Below, piece after piece: positions 27,683-35,993 of a stretch of DNA of 64,000 nt (the first letter of the stretch is position 1; each line of letters starts with the position of its first letter). Origin of the DNA: Christensenellaceae bacterium. Its GTDB lineage: Bacteria > Bacillota > Clostridia > Christensenellales > CAG-138. A model generated the notes under the pieces. That model was not told where the DNA came from, did no database searches, and saw only the letters and a program-made list of their open reading frames with translations. The stretch is from assembly GCA_963666935.1 (NCBI GenBank), contig OY762936.1, positions 1,283,949-1,347,948 on the forward strand, in the 5' to 3' direction. Both the position numbers and the translations under genes were made by a program.

Positions 27683-29476
27683 ATGGCAGAACTGCTTAAA
27701 GGCTGGAAACGCACTCATTACTGCGCGGATCCCTCACAGGCCCAGGTAGGACAAGAGCTGCTGCTCATGGGATGGGCGGGAACATGGCGCAATCTTGGTG
27801 CGTTGATTTTCATTGGCCTGCGGGACCGCACCGGCGTCATGCAGGTGACCTTTGACGAGAGCACGCTCCCCAAAGAGACATTCGCTCTTGCGGAAACCAT
27901 TCGCAGCGAATATGTGATTGCGGTCAAGGGCGTTTTGCAGCGGCGCGCGGAAAATATGGTCAACCCCAACATGAAAACCGGTGCCTATGAACTTTTGGCC
28001 ACAGAGCTAAAGATTTTGAGCGCGGCGCAGACGCCGCCCATCTATATAGAGGATGATTTAGATACGCAGGAGCAGGTGCGATTAAAGTACCGCTATTTGG
28101 ATCTGCGCCGGCCCTGCATGCAAAAAAACCTGATTATACGGGACAAGGTGGCGCGGATTGCCCGCAATTACTTTGCGGAAAACGGGTTCCTTGAGATTGA
28201 AACTCCTATGCTCCAGAAATCCACCCCCGAAGGCGCTCGGGACTACCTTGTGCCCAGCCGGGTGCATCCAGGGAAATTTTATGCGCTGCCCCAAAGCCCG
28301 CAGCTCTTTAAACAGCTTTTAATGCTTTCGGGCTACGACCGCTATATACAGATTGCCCGGTGTTTTCGGGATGAGGACCTTCGGGCGGATCGCCAGCCGG
28401 AATTCACCCAGATCGACCTGGAGATGGCCTTTGTGGACCGGGAAGACGTGATGGCGGTAAACGAGGGGTTCATGGTCCGGCTGCTCAAAGAGACGCTGGA
28501 CGTGGACGTGAAGCTGCCCCTTAGGCGGCTTACATGGCAGGAGGCCATGGACCGGTTTGGCAGCGACAAACCGGACACCCGCTTCGGCCTTGAGCTTACG
28601 AATATTTCTGACATCGTAAAGGACTGTGGCTTTGGCGTGTTTACCGGCGCGCTGGCGCAGGGCGGCAGCGTCCGCTGCATCAACGTAAAAGGTGGCGTGG
28701 ACAGACTGCCCCGCAAGAAGATCGACGAACTTACAGAGTTTGTAAAAACATATCGCGCCAAGGGATTGGCCTGGATGAGCATGAAGCCGGAAGGCATGCA
28801 GTGCTCCTTTGCCAAGTTCCTGACGGAAGACCAGCTTGCGGGCATTGTGAAGCGGACCAACGCCGAAACGGGCGACATCCTGTTTTTCGTGGCGGACGCC
28901 GACAATGTGGTTTATGCTTCTTTGGGCGCGCTGCGTTTGGAAGTGGCAAAACGGCTGGAGCTGATCCCCAAGGATTCCTATGACCTGCTTTGGATCACGG
29001 AATTTCCGCTCTTGGAATACAACGAGGACGAACGCCGCTTTGTAGCCATGCACCACCCCTTCACCAGCCCCATGGATGAAGACATCGAATATTTGGATTC
29101 CGATCCGGGTAAGGTTCGAGCCAAGGCATACGACATGGTGATGAACGGCAGCGAGATTGGCGGCGGTTCCATCCGTATCCATTCGGCAGAGCTGCAGGAA
29201 AAGATGTTTGAGACGCTGGGCTTTACAAAAGAGGAAGCATGGAAGCGCTTCGGATTCCTTATGAACGCCTTCCAGTACGGTACGCCGCCCCACGGCGGCC
29301 TTGCATACGGGCTGGACAGGCTGGTGATGCTTATTTGCGGCGCAAGTAGCATTCGCGACGTGATCGCGTTCCCCAAAGTGCAAACCGCGGCCTGCCTCAT
29401 GAGCGGCGCACCCGACGAGGTGGATGACAAGCAGCTGGATGAGCTGAGCATTGCCTGCACCCGGCGGGAAGAATAA
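27683..29476 (+). CDS. aspS: Aspartate--tRNA ligase
   Basis: OB-fold N-terminus (GWAGTWRNLGALIFIGLRDRTG), QSPQLFKQLLM, FRDEDLRADRQPEFTQID, and GGLAYGLDRLVM motif 3. Confidence 0.95.
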   Translation: MAELLKGWKRTHYCADPSQAQVGQELLLMGWAGTWRNLGALIFIGLRDRTGVMQVTFDESTLPKETFALAETIRSEYVIAVKGVLQRRAENMVNPNMKTGAYELLATELKILSAAQTPPIYIEDDLDTQEQVRLKYRYLDLRRPCMQKNLIIRDKVARIARNYFAENGFLEIETPMLQKSTPEGARDYLVPSRVHPGKFYALPQSPQLFKQLLMLSGYDRYIQIARCFRDEDLRADRQPEFTQIDLEMAFVDREDVMAVNEGFMVRLLKETLDVDVKLPLRRLTWQEAMDRFGSDKPDTRFGLELTNISDIVKDCGFGVFTGALAQGGSVRCINVKGGVDRLPRKKIDELTEFVKTYRAKGLAWMSMKPEGMQCSFAKFLTEDQLAGIVKRTNAETGDILFFVADADNVVYASLGALRLEVAKRLELIPKDSYDLLWITEFPLLEYNEDERRFVAMHHPFTSPMDEDIEYLDSDPGKVRAKAYDMVMNGSEIGGGSIRIHSAELQEKMFETLGFTKEEAWKRFGFLMNAFQYGTPPHGGLAYGLDRLVMLICGASSIRDVIAFPKVQTAACLMSGAPDEVDDKQLDELSIACTRREE

Positions 29477-29499
29477 AGAGGACCCACAGGAGGAAAACT

Positions 29500-29937
29500 A
29501 TGAAAGACGATGTTTGCCAGACGGGAAAAGTGATGGAACTCAAGGGCGATATAGCGGTGATCCGTTTCCACCGTAGCGACGCCTGTGGACACTGCAACGC
29601 TTGCTTCCGCTTCGGATCCAACGAGGCGGACATTGAGATTGAAAACCGTGCCAACGCGGAAGCGGGCGATACCGTTGTGATTGAGCTTTACGGCGGCAGC
29701 ATGTTTAAGGCCAGCGCCATTATGTACGGCGTTCCCCTGATCGGTTTGGTTGTGGGAGTGGCTATCGGCAGTACGCTGGGTGACGTGTATGCGGCGGTGG
29801 GCGGCATTCTCTTATGTGCGGGGGCGTTTTTCATCATCCGGGCTTTTGAACCCAAGTTCCGCCGCATGAACGAATTTAAGCCCCGGATGGTAGAGGTTGT
29901 GAAACCGACAGAAGGACAGAAGAAAGAGGAGGAGTGA
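29500..29937 (+). CDS. RseC/MucC (SoxR-reducing system) family membrane protein
   Basis: N-terminal Cys motif (SDACGHCNAC) followed by two TM helices. Architecture typical of the RseC family. Confidence 0.6.
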   Translation: MKDDVCQTGKVMELKGDIAVIRFHRSDACGHCNACFRFGSNEADIEIENRANAEAGDTVVIELYGGSMFKASAIMYGVPLIGLVVGVAIGSTLGDVYAAVGGILLCAGAFFIIRAFEPKFRRMNEFKPRMVEVVKPTEGQKKEEE

Positions 29938-29939
29938 AT

Positions 29940-30257
29940 ATGCTGATCCACGTAACCCAGAAAGACTTTGATGAGAAAGTACTCAAGAGCAAAATCCCAG
30001 TGCTGGTGGACTTTTGGGCACCCTGGTGCGGCCCCTGCCGTTCGTTGGGCCCTGTGATGGAGAAACTGGCGGAAAAGTACGATGGCAAGGCGCTTGTCGC
30101 TAAGGTGAATGTAGATGAGAATACAGAACTTGCCTCCCAATACCGGATCATGAGCATCCCTGCGGTGTACCTGTTCCAAGGCGGAAGTTCTGTAAACAAG
30201 CTGGTGGGTGCTTATCCCATTGAAGCTTACTCTGAGATGATTGATGGAATCAAATAA
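29940..30257 (+). CDS. trxA: Thioredoxin
   Basis: VDFWAPWCGPC active site. ATG 29940 follows GAGGAGGAG. The GTG 29934 alternative overlaps the upstream stop. Confidence 0.92.
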   Translation: MLIHVTQKDFDEKVLKSKIPVLVDFWAPWCGPCRSLGPVMEKLAEKYDGKALVAKVNVDENTELASQYRIMSIPAVYLFQGGSSVNKLVGAYPIEAYSEMIDGIK

Positions 30258-30277
30258 AACTTGGGGTAAAATATGGG

Positions 30278-30305
30278 CGCGGCGGTTGTAATTCCGCCGC
30301 GTTTT
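30278..30305 (+). terminator. Rho-independent terminator after trxA
   Basis: CGCGGCGG-TTGTAATT-CCGCCGCG followed by TTTTC. Confidence 0.65.
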
Positions 30306-30376
30306 CATTATAATGAAGGCTGTGAATATAACCTTTTGAGGGATTTTCAATAAAATATGCCTAAAGGAGTGAAAAA

Positions 30377-31621
30377 ATGATTCAATTTGATCTCATTCGC
30401 GCTACGGCACCCGACGTGGCGGAAGCAATGGAGCTGGAGCTTAAGCGCCAGCGCACCAACATTGAGCTGATCGCATCGGAAAACTTTGTTTCAGAAGCAG
30501 TGATGGCGGCCATGGGCAGCCATTTGACCAACAAGTATGCGGAGGGCTACCCAGGGAAGCGGTATTACGGCGGCTGCGAATACGTGGATATCGTGGAAAA
30601 CATTGCCCGGGACCGCGCTTGCGCACTTTTCGGTGCGGAGCATGCCAACGTGCAGCCCCATTCAGGCGCCAGTGCCAACGTTGCCGTATATTTCGCCCTA
30701 CTCAATCCTGGAGATACCGTGATGGGAATGAACCTCTCCCATGGCGGACACCTAACCCACGGCAGCCCCGTAAACCTTTCCGGAAAATACTTTAACTTTG
30801 TGCCTTACGGCGTCATGCCCGACACAGAGATGATTGATTACGATAACATCCGCGCCATTGCCAAAGAGTGCAAGCCCAAGATGATCGTGGCGGGCGCCAG
30901 CGCCTATGCCAGATCTTTGGATTTTACCAAGTTCCGTGAAATTGCTGACGAGGTGGGCGCACTCTTAGTGGTGGATATGGCTCACATTGCGGGCCTCGTG
31001 GCCACGGGTCAGCACATGAATCCCGTGCCCTATTCCGATATTGTCACCTCCACCACCCATAAGACTTTGCGCGGGCCTCGGGGCGGATTGATCCTTTGCA
31101 AGGAGCAATATGCCAAGGCCATCGACAAGGCCATATTCCCCGGCATTCAGGGCGGTCCGCTCATGCACGTCATCGCCGCAAAAGCCGTATGTTTTGAGGA
31201 AGCGCAAAAACCTGAGTTCCAGGCTTATGGCGCGCAGGTTCGCGAGAACGCCGTTGCTCTTTCCCAGAGCCTGATGGAAAACGGCGTCAAGCTGGTTTCC
31301 AACGGCACCGACAACCACCTGATGCTTGTTGACCTTGGTGCCGACGGCCTCACCGGCAAGGAGCTGGAGAACCTGATGGACGAGGCGCATATCACCGCCA
31401 ACAAGAATACCGTTCCCAACGAGACCCGCAGTCCCTTTGTGACCAGCGGCGTTCGGCTGGGCACGCCTGCTGCGACCTCCCGGGGCCTTCAGGAAGATGA
31501 TTTCAGGCAGGTGGGCAAGTTCATCGCAAAAATCATTCACGAAGGGGAGGCTGCCGTTCCTGCAGTGCGGGCCGGCGTCGCAAAGATTGCGGAGAAATAT
31601 CCTATGTACCCCAATTCCTGA
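30377..31621 (+). CDS. glyA: Serine hydroxymethyltransferase
   Basis: [20 protein letters not shown], and the [15 protein letters not shown]-lysine motif. Confidence 0.96.
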   Translation: MIQFDLIRATAPDVAEAMELELKRQRTNIELIASENFVSEAVMAAMGSHLTNKYAEGYPGKRYYGGCEYVDIVENIARDRACALFGAEHANVQPHSGASANVAVYFALLNPGDTVMGMNLSHGGHLTHGSPVNLSGKYFNFVPYGVMPDTEMIDYDNIRAIAKECKPKMIVAGASAYARSLDFTKFREIADEVGALLVVDMAHIAGLVATGQHMNPVPYSDIVTSTTHKTLRGPRGGLILCKEQYAKAIDKAIFPGIQGGPLMHVIAAKAVCFEEAQKPEFQAYGAQVRENAVALSQSLMENGVKLVSNGTDNHLMLVDLGADGLTGKELENLMDEAHITANKNTVPNETRSPFVTSGVRLGTPAATSRGLQEDDFRQVGKFIAKIIHEGEAAVPAVRAGVAKIAEKYPMYPNS

Positions 31622-31631
31622 GCAAGGACAA

Positions 31632-31658
31632 AAGAGGCGCGTATGCGCCTCTTTTTTT
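31632..31658 (+). terminator. Rho-independent terminator after glyA
   Basis: AAGAGGCGC-GTAT-GCGCCTCTT followed by a T-run. Confidence 0.75.
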
Positions 31659-31666
31659 GCGGAAAA

Positions 31667-31697
31667 AATAATTCCAAGTAATATAGTAGGAATTATT
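31667..31697. promoter_or_regulatory. Perfect 9-bp inverted repeat, candidate Rrf2/IscR operator
   Basis: AATAATTCC (31667-31675), 13-nt spacer, GGAATTATT (31689-31697). The right arm overlaps the -35 hexamer by 2 nt. Confidence 0.4.
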
Positions 31698-31724
31698 GAC
31701 AAGCCACTTAGGGTATGCTATAGT
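31696..31724 (+). promoter_or_regulatory. Sigma-A promoter for iscR-nifS-nifU
   Basis: TTGACA (31696-31701), 17-nt spacer, TATAGT (31719-31724). Confidence 0.6.
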
Positions 31725-31769
31725 GTGCGAGGAAATCCGAGCAATCAAGTTGGAATTGGAGGAAAGCGC

Positions 31770-32204
31770 GTGCGGTTATCGACTCGAGGCAGATACGGGC
31801 TGAAGGCTATGGTAGACCTGGCGATGGCCTACGGCGACGGAAACATGAACATTGGCGCACTGGCGACCCAACAGGGAATTAGCGACGCTTATCTGGAACA
31901 GCTGGTTGCCTCCTTAAAAAGGGCAGGCTTGGTGAGTTCGGTGCGGGGTGCCCAAGGCGGATACTCCCTTTCCCGGGAGCCTTCACAGATCAACGCAGGG
32001 GATATTCTGCGGGCGCTGGAAGGCAGCACAGACATCATGGATTGCGTTGGTACGACCCATGTGGGCTGCGATTCCGCATGCACCTGTTCCGCGCGGCCTC
32101 TTTGGCTCAAGCTGCAAAAGCGCATCGACGAAGTATTGGACAACACGTCTTTGGCCGACATGGCCGAGGATTATAAAATACAGAAGAATCGAGGTAACGT
32201 ATGA
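31770..32204 (+). CDS. iscR: Rrf2-family transcriptional regulator (IscR-like)
   Basis: VRLSTRGRYGLKAMVDLA winged-helix N-terminus and a C-terminal Cys cluster (CVG...GCDSACTC). GTG 31770 follows GGAGGA. The 31497 extension in the ORF track would run through the glyA end and its terminator. Confidence 0.8.
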   Translation: MRLSTRGRYGLKAMVDLAMAYGDGNMNIGALATQQGISDAYLEQLVASLKRAGLVSSVRGAQGGYSLSREPSQINAGDILRALEGSTDIMDCVGTTHVGCDSACTCSARPLWLKLQKRIDEVLDNTSLADMAEDYKIQKNRGNV

Positions 32205-33358
32205 GAAAAGTATACATGGACAACGCCGCCACCACGGCGTTGATGCCACAAGTGCTTGAAAAGATGATGCCGTATTTTACCCTGTTTTACGGCAACCCTT
32301 CCAGTGTGCATGAGTTCGGCCGCAAGGCGAAGGAAGGGCTGGATTTGGCCCGAGAGCAGGTTGCCAAGGCGTTGAACGCTTCCGCTGACGAAATTATTTT
32401 TACGGGCTGCGGCACGGAGAGTGACAACACGGCGCTTATTGGCTGCGTGGAGAAATATAAGGGAAAGGGAAATCACATCATCACCACCGCGGTGGAGCAC
32501 CACGCCATTCTTCACACCTGCGAATATTTGGAGAAGCGTGGGGTGGAAGTAACCTACTTACCGGTGGACGAATACGGCATGGTAACGGCGGCGCAGGTGG
32601 AAAATGCCATACGGGACAACACGATTCTGGTATCGGTGATGTTTGCCAACAACGAGATCGGCAGCATCAACCCCATCGCGGAAATCGGAGCCGTATGCCA
32701 CGAAAAGGGCGTACTATTCCACACCGATGCGGTACAGGCCGTGGGCCACGTGCCCGTGGACGTGAAGGCCATGAACATCGACATGCTTTCCCTGTCTGCC
32801 CATAAGTTCCATGGCCCAAAGGGCGTGGGCGCACTGTATGTGAAGAAGGGACTGCGCCTTCCCAGCTATATCATGGGAGGGGGACAGGAGAAGGGTCGCC
32901 GGGCCGGCACGGAAAACACCGCAGGTATTGTGGGCCTTGGCGGGGCCATTGAGCTGGCAGTTTCTCATATGGAAGAAAACGCCAAGAAGATGATCATATT
33001 GCGGGACCGGCTTATGGCGGGTATTGAAAAGATTCCAGAAGTGAAGCTCAATGGTCACCCGACCAAACGGCTTCCCAACAACGTGAATTACAGCATCAAA
33101 TACATCGAGGGCGAGTCCATACTGCTGATGTTGGACCTTAATGGCATTGCGGCATCCTCGGGTTCCGCCTGTACCTCGGGATCCTTGGATCCTTCCCACG
33201 TGCTGCTGGCCATAGGGCTCTCTCACGAGATTGCCCACGGCTCTCTTCGCCTGACGCTGGGAGACGAGACGACGCAGGAAGATGTAGATTATGTGCTGGA
33301 AGTACTTTATCAGACCACAGACCGGCTTCGCGCCATGAGCCCCCTATACAAAGGTTAA
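32201..33358 (+). CDS. nifS: Cysteine desulfurase (NifS type)
   Basis: YMDNAATT, SAHKFHGPKG (PLP-binding Lys), and the SSGSACTS active-site Cys loop. Confidence 0.92.
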   Translation: MRKVYMDNAATTALMPQVLEKMMPYFTLFYGNPSSVHEFGRKAKEGLDLAREQVAKALNASADEIIFTGCGTESDNTALIGCVEKYKGKGNHIITTAVEHHAILHTCEYLEKRGVEVTYLPVDEYGMVTAAQVENAIRDNTILVSVMFANNEIGSINPIAEIGAVCHEKGVLFHTDAVQAVGHVPVDVKAMNIDMLSLSAHKFHGPKGVGALYVKKGLRLPSYIMGGGQEKGRRAGTENTAGIVGLGGAIELAVSHMEENAKKMIILRDRLMAGIEKIPEVKLNGHPTKRLPNNVNYSIKYIEGESILLMLDLNGIAASSGSACTSGSLDPSHVLLAIGLSHEIAHGSLRLTLGDETTQEDVDYVLEVLYQTTDRLRAMSPLYKG

Positions 33359-33371
33359 GGAGAAAACGCAT

Positions 33372-33749
33372 ATGTATACAGAGAAAGTATTGGATCACTT
33401 CAAGAATCCCCGCAACATGGGGGAAGTGGAAGGCGCCAACGGGGTTGGTATGGTCGGCAATGCCAAATGCGGCGATATTATGCAGATGTTTTTAAAGATT
33501 AATGACGACGGCGTGATCGAGGATGTGGGATTCAAAACATTTGGCTGTGGCGCGGCCATTGCCACCAGTTCCATTGCCACTGAGATGGTTAAGGGGAAAA
33601 CGGTGGACGAAGCGCTCAAGCTTACCAATGCCGCTGTGGTAGAGGCGCTGGAAGGCTTGCCGCCTGCGAAGATTCACTGCTCCGTACTGGCCGAAGAGGC
33701 CATTAAGGCGGCGCTGGAAGATTATGTGAAACGCAAGGCGGAGAAATAA
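33372..33749 (+). CDS. nifU: Fe-S cluster assembly scaffold NifU/IscU
   Basis: HFKNPRNMG...GNAKCGD...FKTFGCGAAIA...IHCS carries the three conserved Cys of U-type scaffolds. Confidence 0.92.
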   Translation: MYTEKVLDHFKNPRNMGEVEGANGVGMVGNAKCGDIMQMFLKINDDGVIEDVGFKTFGCGAAIATSSIATEMVKGKTVDEALKLTNAAVVEALEGLPPAKIHCSVLAEEAIKAALEDYVKRKAEK

Positions 33750-33770
33750 CTGAAGGAAAAAGAAGAAAAT

Positions 33771-33794
33771 AAAAAGGCGCGACTGCGCCTTTTT
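33771..33794. terminator. Bidirectional terminator between nifU and the convergent 88-aa ORF
   Basis: AAAAAGGCGC-GACT-GCGCCTTTTT, symmetric with an A-run and a T-run. Confidence 0.7.
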
Positions 33795-33809
33795 AATATG
33801 TTGTTTCTA

Positions 33810-34076
33810 TTAGCGCTTGCTTTTTTCTTCCCGGGAGGCAAGCCAGAAATCCAAAAAACGCAGCGCATCCAACTGGGTCTGCGCCTGACAGTCTTCTGCA
33901 GTGATATATCGGATGGCACTGTTCCAAGCCCCGAGAGGAAAGCTGGATGGATCCATTTTTTTGATTGCGGAACGGATCTCTTTGGCATAACGTGCCAGGT
34001 GCAGGTCTGAAATATATGAACAGCCGGATAAAGATTGTAACTGATCTAGAAGGTCGGACATATCATGGAGCGCCAT
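33810..34076 (-). CDS. Hypothetical 88-aa protein (no family recognised)
   Basis: AAGGAG (34092-34087, minus strand) lies 10 nt before ATG 34076. The ORF ends just before the bidirectional terminator. No motif recognised. Confidence 0.45.
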   Translation of the reverse strand: MALHDMSDLLDQLQSLSGCSYISDLHLARYAKEIRSAIKKMDPSSFPLGAWNSAIRYITAEDCQAQTQLDALRFLDFWLASREEKSKR

Positions 34077-34356
34077 TCAACTCTTACTCCTTTGCAAGCT
34101 GTTCGTATATAACTAATGTTAATATTACATGGATGGATTACAATAAAAAAAGACAAAATTCGCCAAAAACAATCAAAATAACTACTGCTTTTAATTATAA
34201 ACGACCGCTATATCCTTGTCTACTATTTTGCATAGTTTTTTTAAAATTATGAATAGTATTATGGGAGCCGGTGGAAAAAAGAGCTGAAATTGGCATCTCG
34301 CTCAAGAAAGATTTCGGGCAAACTATGCATAAAGGATTGTGAAAGGAGCGATACCC

Positions 34357-34518
34357 ATGAAAAAAATGGCATTTGTTGTAGGGCTTGCTGCAGGCATGGC
34401 AGCCGCGGGCGCGGTACTTACATCCATGTATCCCGACGTATCCCGCCGTCTCGTGAAGGACACTCGCAAGGCCGTGCGCGGCGGGCGCAAAGTGTTTGGC
34501 GGCATGTTTGGCGGCTGA
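34357..34518 (+). CDS. Candidate 53-aa small membrane protein (not in the ORF track)
   Basis: AGGAG (34344-34348) lies 8 nt before ATG 34357. Translation is MKKMAFVVGLAAGMAAAGAVLTSMYPDVSRRLVKDTRKAVRGGRKVFGGMFGG, with one hydrophobic helix and a basic tail. A CCCCCTT/AAGGGGG hairpin lies downstream at 34569-34588. Confidence 0.4.
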   Translation: MKKMAFVVGLAAGMAAAGAVLTSMYPDVSRRLVKDTRKAVRGGRKVFGGMFGG

Positions 34519-34596
34519 AAAAAGAGAATTCAGAGCGGCGCCGCCCTGAAAAAATTGAAGCGTAGAGGCCCCCTTGGTTAAAAGGGGGATTCTCTA

Positions 34597-34625
34597 TTTA
34601 CAAAGGATACGTGTCGGTTTATACT
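34597..34625 (+). promoter_or_regulatory. Sigma-A-type promoter candidate for ireB-ruvX-DUF1292
   Basis: TTTACA (34597-34602), 17-nt spacer, TATACT (34620-34625). Confidence 0.45.
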
Positions 34626-34639
34626 AAGGATAAAAGAGG

Positions 34640-34933
34640 ATGGAGGTGGGGGCCGTGACAGATGATACCAGCAGAACCGTACACTTTCAAATCAAGAAAG
34701 AGCGCACACATGCGGGGGATGTGCTCATGCGCGTTTATCAGGCCATGGCGGAAAAGGGATACGATCCTATCAACCAGATCGTAGGATACCTTATTTCTGG
34801 CGATCCTACCTATATCACAAGCTATAATAACGCCCGATATCTGATCCGCATGATCGAGCGGGACGAGCTTATTGAGGAGCTGGTTCGGTTTTTCGTGGAG
34901 GAAAACGGAGAAGAGAGCAAAGTAGAAGTTTAA
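34640..34933 (+). CDS. ireB: IreB-family regulatory phosphoprotein (UPF0297/YrzL)
   Basis: VLMRVYQAMAEKGYDPINQIVGYLISGDPTYITSYNNARYLI is the UPF0297 signature. GTG 34655 (after GGAGGTG) is a plausible alternative start. Confidence 0.85.
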   Translation: MEVGAVTDDTSRTVHFQIKKERTHAGDVLMRVYQAMAEKGYDPINQIVGYLISGDPTYITSYNNARYLIRMIERDELIEELVRFFVEENGEESKVEV

Positions 34934-34991
34934 AAAGCGTTGAAATCCTGCGCCGCGCTCCGTGCGCGGCCTTTTTCTGGAGGAAGATAAT

Positions 34992-35414
34992 ATGAAGCGA
35001 GTACTGGCTCTTGACGTGGGCGACAGACGAATCGGAATTGCGGTAAGCGACCCGCTGGGGTTCACGGCGCAGCCGCTGGAGACCTATACACGCACGGGAG
35101 AAATAGAAAAAGACACGGCCTATATTTTGCGCATGGCGGAGGGGTATAAACCCGTTCGGTTGCTGTTCGGAATGCCCCGAAATATGGACGGTAGTTATGG
35201 CTTCCAGAGTGAAAAGGTGAAGGAGTTCGCCGAGGCGGTTCTGGAGAACTGGGATGGAGAGCATGTATACTACGACGAGAGGCTCACTACCGCAGCGGCA
35301 GAACGGGTGCTTATGGAAGCGGAGCTGGATTGGAGAAAACGCCGCAAGGTGGTAGATAAGGTGGCGGCCGTGGTCATCCTGCAGGGATACCTAGCCACCA
35401 ATCCTAAACTGTAA
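34992..35414 (+). CDS. ruvX: Holliday junction resolvase-like nuclease RuvX (YqgF)
   Basis: MKRVLALDVGDRRIGIAVSD N-terminus and ...DERLTT...A. ATG 34992 follows GGAGGAAG. Confidence 0.9.
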   Translation: MKRVLALDVGDRRIGIAVSDPLGFTAQPLETYTRTGEIEKDTAYILRMAEGYKPVRLLFGMPRNMDGSYGFQSEKVKEFAEAVLENWDGEHVYYDERLTTAAAERVLMEAELDWRKRRKVVDKVAAVVILQGYLATNPKL

Positions 35415-35485
35415 AAAGGTGGTAGATAAGGTGGCGGCCGTGGTCATCCTGCAGGGATACCTAGCCACCAATCCTAAACTGTAAA
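35346..35485 (+). repeat. Perfect 70-bp direct tandem duplication (2 copies) covering the ruvX 3' end and stop codon
   Basis: 35346-35415 and 35416-35485 are identical base for base: AAGGTGGTAGATAAGGTGGCGGCCGTGGTCATCCTGCAGGGATACCTAGCCACCAATCCTAAACTGTAAA. Confidence 0.95.
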
Positions 35486-35501
35486 GAGGAGAAGATAAGA
35501 T

Positions 35502-35780
35502 ATGGAAGAAGTGCTCAACGATATTGTATTGCTGGACGAGGACGGCCAGCCCAGCCGCTTTAAGCACCTGCTGACCTTCGATTACGAAGGCGCGCGGTTC
35601 ATCGCCCTCACGCCGTTTTCGGAGCAGGAGGACGTGGAGGAAGAAGTGATCATCCTTCAGGTGAAGCAGAAAGACGGCGAGGATGTTTATACGACGGTGG
35701 AGAGCGAAGTGCTGCTGGAGGAAGTGTTTGATCAGTTTCTGGAGCTGATGGACGAAATCGAGGAAGAGAGCGACGACTGA
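35502..35780 (+). CDS. DUF1292 (UPF0473/YrzB) family protein
   Basis: IVLLDEDG...F..L.TFDYEG..FIAL.P and an acidic C-terminus. Conserved position after ruvX. Confidence 0.85.
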   Translation: MEEVLNDIVLLDEDGQPSRFKHLLTFDYEGARFIALTPFSEQEDVEEEVIILQVKQKDGEDVYTTVESEVLLEEVFDQFLELMDEIEEESDD

Positions 35781-35832
35781 ATTCAAGGGCGTGATTTTTC
35801 ACTTTTTCCCTGATAAATAGGCAAATAATGTC

Positions 35833-35861
35833 TTGCAACAGCAAAGACGTTGTGTTATAAT
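35833..35861 (+). promoter_or_regulatory. Sigma-A promoter for rpsB-tsf
   Basis: TTGCAA (35833-35838), 17-nt spacer, TATAAT (35856-35861). This implies a leader of roughly 125 nt. Confidence 0.6.
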
Positions 35862-35993
35862 TCCATGCGTATGGGTATGCGTATGGAACGCATAAATCAC
35901 ACACCCGTGTGGATCCGCCGGTTCGTGCCTTTGACATGGGTCTCCGGCAGGAGAAGAAGCGCGGGGAGGAATAAAAACGAGGAGGATATTGTT

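Noticed and set aside
31497-31769. N-terminal 91-aa extension of the Rrf2 regulator ORF (track entry 31497..32204)
   Set aside because: The extension would overlap the glyA 3' end, the glyA terminator and the iscR promoter. The Rrf2 homology begins at GTG 31770, which has its own GGAGGA site.
34290-34565. 91-aa + strand ORF and 60-aa minus-strand ORF (34323..34505) in the AT-rich islet
   Set aside because: Neither has an SD. The translation is Arg-rich and typical of an off-frame reading of GC-rich sequence. A different frame (34357..34518) has a good SD and a TM helix and is the better candidate.
35850-35993. Upstream extensions of ribosomal protein ORFs (rpsB from 35850, rpsO from 56361, rimP from 48013, ribF from 55311, ftsQ from 886)
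   Set aside because: Family-typical N-termini with SD sequences occur at internal start codons. The extensions cover promoters, leaders or the preceding gene.
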